NCBI GenBank assembly: GCA_902826035.1
Contig: CADEDG010000001.1
Span: forward strand, 38,305-102,304
Length of the DNA: 64,000 nt
Origin: an uncultured Alphaproteobacteria bacterium
GTDB taxonomy: Bacteria > Pseudomonadota > Alphaproteobacteria > Caulobacterales > Aquidulcibacteraceae
Reading direction: 5' to 3'
Both the position numbers and the translations under genes were made by a program. Below are positions 47,391 to 55,527 of this stretch, in pieces (the first letter of the stretch is position 1; each line of letters opens with the position of its first letter). The notes beneath the pieces were generated by a model. The model saw nothing but the letters and a program-made list of their open reading frames with translations. It was not told the origin of the DNA and searched no databases.

Positions 47391-48071
47391 TTAGGACGTC
47401 GAGGCGAGGTTGCGCGGCGCCCTCGCGCGCCCGCCCAGGAAGCGGGGGAGGAAAGCCGGCGTGCGCGCCGCATAGGCCCGCCATTGCTCGCCGAATTGCG
47501 CTTCGGCGTCGCGCTCCTCGCTCCTGGCGAGGCGCAAATACATAAACACCAACACCGGAAACATAAGCGCCGTCAGTATCGTCGGCCATTGCACGAGAAA
47601 GCCAACCATCACCAGGATGAAAGCGAGATACTGGGGATGGCGGATCGACTTATAGGGTCCCTCGACCGCAAGCGCGCCAGCCGCCTGGGCGCGATGCAGC
47701 ACCGTCCAGGATTCCACCAGCAGCCACAGACCGCCGACAATGAGTGCATCGCTCAGCCAGTGAATTGGCGTGAAATGCGGATCGCCGCGCCAGCCCAACA
47801 ATGTAGGCCAGAAATGGCCCCCATTGTGCGTAAGGATGTCGGCGCCCGGCGCAAAGCTCTGGAGCCAGGGGGCGAGCAAGTAAAGGGTGAGCGGGAAGCC
47901 GTACATTTCAGTGAAAAGCGCGATGATGAAGGCCGAAAAAGCGCCGAAGCTGCGCCAATCGCGCGATGATCGCGGCTTTGCAAAACTCAGCGCGAACACG
48001 ATGAAGAATACGGAATTGACGAAGGCGAGCAGCCAGAGGCCGTAGCCCGAGAAGGCGCCATGGTCAGTCAT
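47391..48071 (-). CDS. Isoprenylcysteine carboxylmethyltransferase (ICMT/PEMT)-family membrane protein
   Basis: FTEMYGFPLT, GPYKSIRHPQY and EERDAEAQFG. Confidence 0.88.
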   Translation of the reverse strand: MTDHGAFSGYGLWLLAFVNSVFFIVFALSFAKPRSSRDWRSFGAFSAFIIALFTEMYGFPLTLYLLAPWLQSFAPGADILTHNGGHFWPTLLGWRGDPHFTPIHWLSDALIVGGLWLLVESWTVLHRAQAAGALAVEGPYKSIRHPQYLAFILVMVGFLVQWPTILTALMFPVLVFMYLRLARSEERDAEAQFGEQWRAYAARTPAFLPRFLGGRARAPRNLASTS

Positions 48072-48339
48072 TGGCCGCTCCATTGTCACGCTGTTGCGCT
48101 TGACCATGGCTGCCATGTCCGCCGTGACCGCCATGCATGAAGATGTGCATCAGCGGGCAGGCGAGCAGGATGAGAAGCGGCCAAGCCGCCAGCAGATGCG
48201 CGCCGTGTTCGGCGATGACATAATAAGCGCCTACGCCGAGCAAGGCGAACATAAGCACGCGGACCAGCCAAGACGCGCGGGGACGCGGACTCGCGGGGGG
48301 CGCGGGTGAGGTGGGTTCGTGATGGGCGTGCATGCTCAT
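48064..48339 (-). CDS. DUF2933 His-rich membrane protein
   Basis: EHGAHLL..LLACPLMHIFMHGGHGGHG. Confidence 0.9.
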   Translation of the reverse strand: MSMHAHHEPTSPAPPASPRPRASWLVRVLMFALLGVGAYYVIAEHGAHLLAAWPLLILLACPLMHIFMHGGHGGHGSHGQAQQRDNGAAND

Positions 48340-48369
48340 GCGCGGGCGTCCTTCAGGCGGCAGCTTGGT

Positions 48370-48439
48370 CGAGCGCGCCGCGCCGGGGATGACAGGGCGG
48401 GGAAGCGGCAGGTCGATCGCCCGGTTTAGGCGCGCTCGC
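48370..48439 (-). ncRNA. Candidate structured RNA, copy B (5' leader of the DUF2933 operon)
   Basis: Starts 6 nt after GCGTAT; stem CGAGCGCGCC/GGCGCGCTCG; internal GATC and CCCCGCCC; ends 30 nt before ATG 48339. Confidence 0.5.
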
Positions 48440-48445
48440 ATTGCT

Positions 48446-48469
48446 ATACGCGGCCCGAGGCGGGTTCCC
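48446..48469 (-). promoter_or_regulatory. Putative ECF promoter of the DUF2933-ICMT-HlyD-rbbA-yhhJ operon
   Basis: Minus strand (A)GGGAACCCGCCTCGGGCCGCGTAT. Confidence 0.78.
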
Positions 48470-48508
48470 TGAAGCTGATCGCAACGGCGCCTTTGGCAAA
48501 GCCGTCCA

Positions 48509-48532
48509 GGGCGAGCGCCGTCAGGCGCGTAT
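48509..48532 (+). promoter_or_regulatory. Putative ECF promoter of the DUF5676-GAPDH-ATPase operon
   Basis: (A)GGGCGAGCGCCGTCAGGCGCGTAT. Confidence 0.78.
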
Positions 48533-48590
48533 TAGAATGGAGCGCGCCCGACCGGGGCTTTTGTGTTCGCTTGGCAGAAGGAAGAGAAAC

Positions 48591-48881
48591 ATGGCTCAGC
48601 AACCAAGCGCTGAACGAAGCGCAGGGATCGGCGTTCTACCGTTGGGCATTGCGTTGGCGGTGACGCTGCTCGCAGCCTACGGGGCATGCTGGCTGGTTGC
48701 GGCCTCGCCCTATGCTGCGCCGTTCGCGCACGCTTGGCTGCAATTGTTCTCGGCCGAGCCCGAAGGCTCAATCGCGCAACTGATTGAGGGCGCGATCTTC
48801 AGCGCCGTCGCCGCCTGGTTCGCCGCCCTCATCTTCGCGCCTGTCTATAACTTGGTCGCCCGCGCCGATCGCATTATTTGA
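48591..48881 (+). CDS. DUF5676-like membrane protein (second paralog)
   Basis: HAWLQLFS..AWFAALIFAPVYN, similar to 38713..39030. Confidence 0.7.
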   Translation: MAQQPSAERSAGIGVLPLGIALAVTLLAAYGACWLVAASPYAAPFAHAWLQLFSAEPEGSIAQLIEGAIFSAVAAWFAALIFAPVYNLVARADRII

Positions 48882-48909
48882 CGCGCTCGTTTCGCGAAGT
48901 GAGGAAGTC

Positions 48910-49902
48910 ATGACGATACGGGTAGGCGTCAACGGCTATGGCGTCATCGGCAAGCGCGTCGCCGACGCGGTCAGGCTGCAAACCGACATGGAGCTTGTCG
49001 GCGTCTGCGACATCGCCGACGATTGGCGCATTGGCGTCGTACGCGATCAGGGCGTCCCGATCTATTCTCCCTCCGGCGCAGCAAGAGCAGGATCGCTTGA
49101 GGATATGGCGGCCGGCGCCGATCTGGTGGTCGACTGCACCCCCAAGGGCGTCGCCGCCAAGAACGCCGTGCTCTATCGCAAGCTGGGCGTCAAATTCATC
49201 GTCCAGGGCGGTGAAAAGCATGAAGTCACAGGCCATTCCTTTGTCGCCGATGCGACCTATGCGAGCGCTCTCAACCGGCCCTCGACGCGTGTTGTGTCGT
49301 GCAACACGACTTCGATTGTGCGCGTCTTCGGCGCGCTGCGGCGCGCTGGTTTGCTGCGGCGCGCACGCGGGACTTTGCTCCGCCGTGCGCTCGATCCATG
49401 GGAGAGCCATCTTGGCGGGATCATGAACACGCTTGTCCCGGAGGCGCACGTTCCAAGCCATCAAGGTCCGGACGCCCAAACCGTCGACCCCGCGCTCGAT
49501 CTCGTCACCATGGCGGTCAAGGTGCCTGAAACGCTTGGACACATGCATTTCTGGTCCGCCGATCTTACCGGCGATCCCACGCGCGACGAGGTGCGCGCCG
49601 TGCTCTCCGCCTCGCCGCGCATCGCCTTCGTGCGCGAGAGCGAGGGCCTTGGCGCGCTTAACGCGGTCAAGGAGCGCATGCTCGATCTTGGCCGGCCCCG
49701 TGGCGACCTTTATGAAGTCGCGATCCTGGAGGAGACGCTGACGGTGGCGAATGGCGAACTCTTCTGCGCCTATATGGTCGACAATCAGGCGATTGTAATT
49801 CCAGAAACCATCGACGCTGTTCGCGCTCTTATGGGCAGGGAGCAGGAGGCGGCGGTCTCAATGCGCATGACCAATCAGGCGCTCGCCATCGCCGCCCGAT
49901 GA
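48910..49902 (+). CDS. Type II (archaeal-type) phosphorylating GAPDH
   Basis: NGYGVIGKRVADAV, FIVQGGEK, VVSCNTT, SHQGPDA and VDNQAIVIPETIDA. Confidence 0.9.
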   Translation: MTIRVGVNGYGVIGKRVADAVRLQTDMELVGVCDIADDWRIGVVRDQGVPIYSPSGAARAGSLEDMAAGADLVVDCTPKGVAAKNAVLYRKLGVKFIVQGGEKHEVTGHSFVADATYASALNRPSTRVVSCNTTSIVRVFGALRRAGLLRRARGTLLRRALDPWESHLGGIMNTLVPEAHVPSHQGPDAQTVDPALDLVTMAVKVPETLGHMHFWSADLTGDPTRDEVRAVLSASPRIAFVRESEGLGALNAVKERMLDLGRPRGDLYEVAILEETLTVANGELFCAYMVDNQAIVIPETIDAVRALMGREQEAAVSMRMTNQALAIAAR

Positions 49903-49927
49903 ACCGCCGCGGCGGGGAAGAAGAACT

Positions 49928-52210
49928 ATGCAGACCGAAACACTGACCTTCGACGATCTCGTCACGCCGCTCGATCCGCTCGTGCTGGAGCGCCATCTAA
50001 AGCACACCCCCGGCGTCGCCGACGCAACGGCTAATTTTGCATCGGGATCCGTTACGGTCACGTTCGATCCGGCCGAAACTGATGTAGACCGGGTGCGTGC
50101 GGCTGTGAGCGCTTGCGGGTTTCACTGCCGCGGCGTGTCGGCTCCCCAGCATGTGGGTTCGCGTGAGCACGAGGCTCACACGCACAAGACCGCACCGGCG
50201 CCCTCCGAGCGCGGTCATCAGGGCGCGAGCGATGTCGGACACGAGATGGGTCATGGCGGGGGCATGGGCATGGCCGCCATGGCGAAGGATATGCGCAATC
50301 GCTTTCTGGTCGCGCTCGGCTTTTCCATTCCGATCTTCCTGTTGGCGCCGATGGGCATGGAAGCCATGCGCATCGATCCGCCATTCGGGTGGGATCTTGA
50401 AGTTACGCTTTTCTTTCTGGCGAGCGGGGCGATCCTCTATCCAGGTTGGCCGTTCTTTGTCGCCGCCGTGCGCGCGCTGCGTCGCGGCGTCTTCAACATG
50501 GCCGTGCTGGTGCTGTTAAGCGTTGGCGCCGGCTATTTCTTCTCAATTGGCGCCACTTTTGTCTGGGGCGGCGCGCAATTCTACGAAGCATCTTCGGTGC
50601 TCTTGGTGTTCATCCTGCTGGGGCACTGGCTGGAGATGCGCGCCAGAGCCGGCGCGTCAGAAGCCATACGGCGGCTCATGGATCTGGCGCCGCCGATGGC
50701 TATCGTCGTGCGCGACGGCCAGGAGGTCTTGGTCTCAACGGCCGAGGTGAAGATCGAGGATATCGTCGTGGTGAAACCGGGCGGCAAAGCCCCAGTCGAT
50801 GGCGTCATCATCGAAGGGCGCTCCGACATCGATGAATCCATGCTCACCGGCGAATCGTTGCCAGTGAGCAAGACAATTGGGGACGCCGTCATTGGCGGCA
50901 CCATCAACAAAAGCGGCATGATCCGTTATCGCGCCACCAAAATCGGCGCCGACACAGCTTTGGCGCAGATCGTCAAGCTGGTGCAGGAAGCACAGAACTC
51001 CAAGGCGCCAGCCCAATTGCTCGCCGATCGCGCCTCGCAGTGGCTGGTGATCGCCGCCATCGTCATAGCCGTCGCCACTTTCGTCGCCTGGCTGGCGCTT
51101 GGTCAGCCGCTCCTTTTCGCGCTTACGTTGGCGATCACAGTCTTGGTCATCGCCTGTCCGGACGCGCTTGGCCTTGCGACGCCGATGGCGATCATGGTCG
51201 GCACCGGCATTGGCGCGCGCCATGGCATCCTTATCAAAGACGCGGTTGCATTGGAGGATTCCGCCAAGCTCGACGTGGTTGTGTTTGACAAAACCGGCAC
51301 GCTGACCCTGGGCGCTCCGAAAGTGGTTGAGGTCGTTGCAAGCGAAGGGCTGAGCGAAAACGACCTTGTCGCACTGGCGGCCGCAGTCGAGAGCGGTTCC
51401 GAGCACCATATCGCCGTCGCCCTCAAGGAACGCGCCAAGGGTCTGACGTTGCCAGAAGTCTCTGACTTCGCCTCGTTCGAAGGCAAAGGCGTCAGCGGCG
51501 GTATCGGCGGCGCCAAAATTCTTTCAGGCAACCGCATGCTCATGGCCGACAACCAGGTGGCGTTCGGCGCGCTCGCCGACGAGGCCGATCGTCTCTTGGG
51601 ATCCGGCCGCACCGTTGCGCACATAGCTCGCGATGGCCAATTGATCGGCCTCATCGCGATCGCTGACGCCGCGCGCCCGACGGCGGCCGCGACTGTCGAG
51701 CGCCTCAAGCGCCAAGGCGTCGAGGTCGCGATGATGACCGGCGACAATCTCGCCACGGCGCGGCGCATCGCGGGCGAACTCGGCGTCGATATCGTGCTTG
51801 CGGAAGTCCTGCCGGGGCAGAAGGCGGACAAGATCAAAGAGCTGCAGGCGCAGGGCAAGAAGGTTGGCATGGTTGGCGATGGCGTCAATGATGCGCCGGC
51901 GCTGACCCAGGCCGATGTGGGGTTCGCCATTGGCGCAGGCACAGACGTCGCCATGGAGAGCGCCGACGTCGTGCTCATGCGCAGCGATCCTTACGATGTC
52001 GTGCGCGCGATCGATCTGTCGCGCGCCACGTTGCGCAAGATGCATCAAAATCTTTGGTGGGCGGCGGGCTACAATGTGCTCGCGTTCCCGTTGGCGGCGG
52101 GCGTGCTCTACCCGCTGCTGCTCAGCCCCGAGATCGCGGCGCTGTCGATGTCGGGCAGCTCAGTGATCGTGGCGGCCAACGCGCTCTTGCTGCGCTGGGA
52201 GAAGCTCTGA
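49928..52210 (+). CDS. Copper-type P1B ATPase with CPD motif (P1B-3-like)
   Basis: HMA-like N-terminus and His/Met linker; LLGHWLEM, ACPDALGLATP, DKTGTLT, YN and MSGSS. Confidence 0.93.
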   Translation: MQTETLTFDDLVTPLDPLVLERHLKHTPGVADATANFASGSVTVTFDPAETDVDRVRAAVSACGFHCRGVSAPQHVGSREHEAHTHKTAPAPSERGHQGASDVGHEMGHGGGMGMAAMAKDMRNRFLVALGFSIPIFLLAPMGMEAMRIDPPFGWDLEVTLFFLASGAILYPGWPFFVAAVRALRRGVFNMAVLVLLSVGAGYFFSIGATFVWGGAQFYEASSVLLVFILLGHWLEMRARAGASEAIRRLMDLAPPMAIVVRDGQEVLVSTAEVKIEDIVVVKPGGKAPVDGVIIEGRSDIDESMLTGESLPVSKTIGDAVIGGTINKSGMIRYRATKIGADTALAQIVKLVQEAQNSKAPAQLLADRASQWLVIAAIVIAVATFVAWLALGQPLLFALTLAITVLVIACPDALGLATPMAIMVGTGIGARHGILIKDAVALEDSAKLDVVVFDKTGTLTLGAPKVVEVVASEGLSENDLVALAAAVESGSEHHIAVALKERAKGLTLPEVSDFASFEGKGVSGGIGGAKILSGNRMLMADNQVAFGALADEADRLLGSGRTVAHIARDGQLIGLIAIADAARPTAAATVERLKRQGVEVAMMTGDNLATARRIAGELGVDIVLAEVLPGQKADKIKELQAQGKKVGMVGDGVNDAPALTQADVGFAIGAGTDVAMESADVVLMRSDPYDVVRAIDLSRATLRKMHQNLWWAAGYNVLAFPLAAGVLYPLLLSPEIAALSMSGSSVIVAANALLLRWEKL

Positions 52211-52286
52211 AAAAGGTCAGATCGATCGAACGCAAAGCTGGTCCGATGCTGAGGCCGCAGAGGCTGAGAGTTCGGGAGGCGAAGTC

Positions 52287-52511
52287 ATGAAACTCCTGGC
52301 AATCGCGGCGGTCGGCGTTCTCGCTCTAGCGCTCGGCGCCTGCTCGCATATGGGCCAAGGCATGCATCCGATGCACGAAGGCGGAAGGATGGACGGCCAT
52401 CGGACGCAGGAGCGCGCCTGTCCCGCGGACCACGCTGGCGATCCGGCCAGCGCGCACGAGCACGCCGAGGGTGCGGAAAATGAGCGTCCAGCTCCAGCGC
52501 AACCGCAATAG
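52287..52511 (+). CDS. Small His/Met-rich lipoprotein
   Basis: GGAGG RBS; lipobox LGAC; SHMGQGMHPMHEGGRMDGH; ends PAQPQ. Confidence 0.75.
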   Translation: MKLLAIAAVGVLALALGACSHMGQGMHPMHEGGRMDGHRTQERACPADHAGDPASAHEHAEGAENERPAPAQPQ

Positions 52512-52591
52512 CGCCCACTTGCGCAGCGCGCGCTGAACTGCGCCGCTCGCAAGGCATGAGCCTCGAGAGCGGCGCGGGGACGCAAATTAGG

Positions 52592-52876
52592 TTATTGCGG
52601 TTGCGCGGGGGCCTCGGTTGGCGCGGCCTGCGTATCCGTTTGCTGTTCACGGCAACCCGGATGGGCCGCGGTCGGCATACGACTGTTGTCATGTGGCCGA
52701 TTCATATCGTGGCTTGCCGTATCATAGGGGCAGTCCGTCGGTTCGGCAGGCATGGCGGAGTCGCGCATCGTCTCGCGCGGCCCATGATGATGCCTATCCG
52801 CTGGCGCCGTGCATGCGCCAAGCGCCAACAGCCCGCCAGCGGACGCGGCGCAAACAATGCCCTTCAACACGTTCAT
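52592..52876 (-). CDS. Small His/Met/Cys lipoprotein
   Basis: GAGGAG RBS; lipobox LGAC; HHH, CPYD and HPGC; ends PAQPQ. Confidence 0.72.
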   Translation of the reverse strand: MNVLKGIVCAASAGGLLALGACTAPADRHHHGPRETMRDSAMPAEPTDCPYDTASHDMNRPHDNSRMPTAAHPGCREQQTDTQAAPTEAPAQPQ

Positions 52877-52922
52877 ATCAATGATCTCCTCGCAAAGGGG
52901 CGCTCCACGCCTCTGCTAGAGA

Positions 52923-52946
52923 ATACGCACCGGCGCGCTCTTGCCC
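52923..52946 (-). promoter_or_regulatory. Putative ECF promoter of the 52876 lipoprotein
   Basis: Minus strand (A)GGGCAAGAGCGCGCCGGTGCGTAT. Confidence 0.75.
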
Positions 52947-52977
52947 TGAACCCGCACTTTCGCCCGGCGCTCATCCA

Positions 52978-53001
52978 GGGCGAATGCCGCGTGGCGCGTA
53001 A
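52978..53001 (+). promoter_or_regulatory. Putative ECF promoter of cfa
   Basis: (A)GGGCGAATGCCGCGTGGCGCGTAA. Confidence 0.72.
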
Positions 53002-53064
53002 TCAATGTGAGGACGCACCTGAGAGCGCGCCCGGGAGCGCAAGTGATGGGAGAGAGCGATCAAT

Positions 53065-54330
53065 ATGCTTGAGAGTTCCACCGATAAGGCACGCAAGGGC
53101 GTGGTGCTGGGCCAAAAGCGTCACTTTCTCTCGTCGGAAGCTCTGCTCTGTGCAGCGCTCGATCAGCTCATTGCGCGCGGCAATCTGGTCGTCACCTTTC
53201 CCAGCGGCGAGCAGCGCCACTTCGGCGAGCGAGCTGGCGCCCCTGTCGTTGTCGCAATCGAAGAGGCAAACGCTCTAGGCCGGCTGCTGACCAATGGCGA
53301 ATTGGCGTTGGGCGAACTTTACACCGATGGCCTCATCACAATCGCCCGCGACGATATCGATGGCCTGCTGGCGCTCATCCTGCAAAACCTTCGAAGCCAT
53401 GGCTTCAAAGCGAGAGCCGCGCCCGCGGGCATGCGCCTCTTTGAGGCGCCGCGCCGCGAACTCAACGACAGAAAACGCGCCGAACGCAACGTAGCGCACC
53501 ACTACGACATCTCCAATGAGCTTTACCGGCTCTTTCTCGATGAAGACCTGCAATATTCGTGCGCCTATTTCGAAACGGGCGGTGAGACCCTCGAACAGGC
53601 ACAAGAAGCCAAGAAGGAGCTCATCGCAGCAAAGCTCTGCCTGCGCCCAGGCCTTTCGGTCTTGGACATTGGCTGCGGCTGGGGCGGGCTTGCGCTCCAC
53701 TTGGCGCGCACGCGCGGCGTTCATGTCCGCGGCATCACACTCTCGCAAGCCCAGTTGCCAGTTGCGCGCGTGCGCGCCGAGGCGCAAGGCCTCGCGCCGC
53801 AAACAAGTTTCGCGCTCGAAGATTATCGCGAAACGAACGGCGCGTTTGACCGGATCGTCTCGGTTGGCATGTTCGAACATGTCGGACGTGGCCACTATGA
53901 TGAGTTTTTTCAAAAGCTCGCTTCGCTGCTTGTTGAGGATGGCGTGGCGCTATTGCACACGATCGGCCGCGCGGATGGACCAGGCGCCACTAGTCCATGG
54001 ATCGACCGCTACATCTTCCCGGGCGGCTACATTCCCGCGCTTTCAGAGATCATGCCGGCGGTTGAGCGCGCGGGATTATATGTGACCGACATTGACGTGT
54101 GGCGTCTTCACTACGCCTTCACGTTGCGTGCATGGCGAGAACGCTTCGAAGCGCGGCTGGACGACGTGCGCGCCATGTTCGATGAGCGCTTCTGCCGCCT
54201 GTGGCGCTTCTACCTGGCCGCAAGCGAAGCGGCGTTTCGGTACGGCGGCCATGAAGTGTTTCAGATTCAGCTCGCGCGCCGTCAGGACGCTGTTCCGCGG
54301 ACACGGCGCTATCTGGAACGCCCCGCTTAA
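53065..54330 (+). CDS. cfa: Cyclopropane-fatty-acyl-phospholipid synthase family methyltransferase
   Basis: HHYDISNELY, QYSCAYF, LDIGCGWGG, VSVGMFEHVG and YIFPGG. Confidence 0.93.
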   Translation: MLESSTDKARKGVVLGQKRHFLSSEALLCAALDQLIARGNLVVTFPSGEQRHFGERAGAPVVVAIEEANALGRLLTNGELALGELYTDGLITIARDDIDGLLALILQNLRSHGFKARAAPAGMRLFEAPRRELNDRKRAERNVAHHYDISNELYRLFLDEDLQYSCAYFETGGETLEQAQEAKKELIAAKLCLRPGLSVLDIGCGWGGLALHLARTRGVHVRGITLSQAQLPVARVRAEAQGLAPQTSFALEDYRETNGAFDRIVSVGMFEHVGRGHYDEFFQKLASLLVEDGVALLHTIGRADGPGATSPWIDRYIFPGGYIPALSEIMPAVERAGLYVTDIDVWRLHYAFTLRAWRERFEARLDDVRAMFDERFCRLWRFYLAASEAAFRYGGHEVFQIQLARRQDAVPRTRRYLERPA

Positions 54331-54376
54331 GCAGGTTTGAAGAGCCTCCGTCGCCCGATCGAGGATCAGGAATGAG

Positions 54377-54448
54377 TGAGCGCGCACGGCCCAGGTGCGC
54401 CGTACGGGGGGAGGGGCGCGAGGGTTGATCCCAGGCTGGCGCGCTCAT
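54377..54448 (-). ncRNA. Candidate structured RNA, copy C (orphan, convergent on cfa)
   Basis: Starts 6 nt after GCGTAT; stem TGAGCGCGC/GCGCGCTCA; GGGATC; CCCCTCCC; 72 nt like copy A. Confidence 0.5.
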
Positions 54449-54454
54449 TCTATA

Positions 54455-54478
54455 ATACGCACGAGCCCAGCGGTCCCC
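54455..54478 (-). promoter_or_regulatory. Putative ECF promoter with no credible downstream gene
   Basis: Minus strand (A)GGGGACCGCTGGGCTCGTGCGTAT. Confidence 0.7.
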
Positions 54479-54593
54479 TCACGGATCGAGCCGCCAAGCC
54501 AAGGTGTGGGAGGTTGCAACTGAATCGTTGTGAGCAGGTCGAGGCGAAGCCGCAATTCGACGCGCCACACGGTGGCTCGTTGGGAGCATATCG

Positions 54594-55484
54594 ATGAGCT
54601 TCGGCGCCCGATCGCGTCTCGTCTTGGTGATGGCGCTCTGGGCGTCGTGCTTTCCTCTGATCACCATAGGGCTCGAATTTGCGCCGCATTTGGCGTTTGC
54701 TGCGCTCCGCGCCGCGATCGGTGGCATCGCGCTCATTGGCGTGGGGGTGCTGCTGCGCCGTCCCATGCCAAAAGGTGTGGGCGCGTGGGGCATGATTATT
54801 GTCTTGGCCTTGGGCGCGACGTCGCTCGGTTTTCTCGGCATGTTTCACGGCGCAGCGTTGCTATCGCCCGGCCTCGCCACGCTCATCTTCAGCACACAGC
54901 CGCTCGTGGCGGCTTTGCTTGGACGTTTCTTCCTGGGCGAACGATTAAGCGGTCAGGGCGCTCTCGGGCTGATACTGGGCTTTGTGGGTGTGGCCGTCGC
55001 CAGCTGGCCCGCGCTCAACTCACCCAACGCTTCGATCTACTTCACGGGTGCGGGCTTCGTCATCGCGGCGGCCATCGGAACGGCCATCGGGAATGTGGTG
55101 ATGAAGCGCATCAGCCAGAACATGAGCGCAACTATTGCGGTCGGTTGGAGCCTTGCGCTCGGAGCCATTCCGCTGGCGATCGCGTCCGCAATCAGTGAAG
55201 ACACTCCTATTGTCTGGTCTAGTGAGTTCCTCGCCGTGCTCGCCATCCTATCGCTCTTCGGCACGGCGCTTGCGTTTTGGCTTTGGTTCGACGCGCTCAA
55301 GACGGCGCCTCTGAGCGAGGCCAACGCTTTCAGTTTTCTCGTGCCAGTCTTTGCACTGACGCTGGGCAGTCTCTTCTTCGGCGAGCGCGTTGGCCTTCCG
55401 GAAATTGCTGGCGCGGCGCTTATTGTAGCCGGCGTCGCCTTGGCTAGCCGCGCTGAAGCGCCAGATTCAGCGAAAGTTTCTTAA
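54594..55484 (+). CDS. EamA/DMT-family transporter
   Basis: Ten TM helices in a duplicated EamA layout; FSTQPL..LGERL and FLVPVF..GERVG. Confidence 0.9.
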   Translation: MSFGARSRLVLVMALWASCFPLITIGLEFAPHLAFAALRAAIGGIALIGVGVLLRRPMPKGVGAWGMIIVLALGATSLGFLGMFHGAALLSPGLATLIFSTQPLVAALLGRFFLGERLSGQGALGLILGFVGVAVASWPALNSPNASIYFTGAGFVIAAAIGTAIGNVVMKRISQNMSATIAVGWSLALGAIPLAIASAISEDTPIVWSSEFLAVLAILSLFGTALAFWLWFDALKTAPLSEANAFSFLVPVFALTLGSLFFGERVGLPEIAGAALIVAGVALASRAEAPDSAKVS

Positions 55485-55527
55485 TTCGCGCATGTCAGAG
55501 GTAAGCGAACTCTGAATCTGGCGATCC

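Noticed and set aside
48539-48590. Fourth copy of the hairpin RNA (GGAGCGCGCC after promoter 48509)
   Set aside because: Only the 5' arm is present. There is no complementary arm or C-rich segment.
54119-54448. 109-aa leaderless protein
   Set aside because: It runs antisense into cfa, and the homologous copy A stops after 25 codons. It is kept only as an alternative to the RNA hypothesis.
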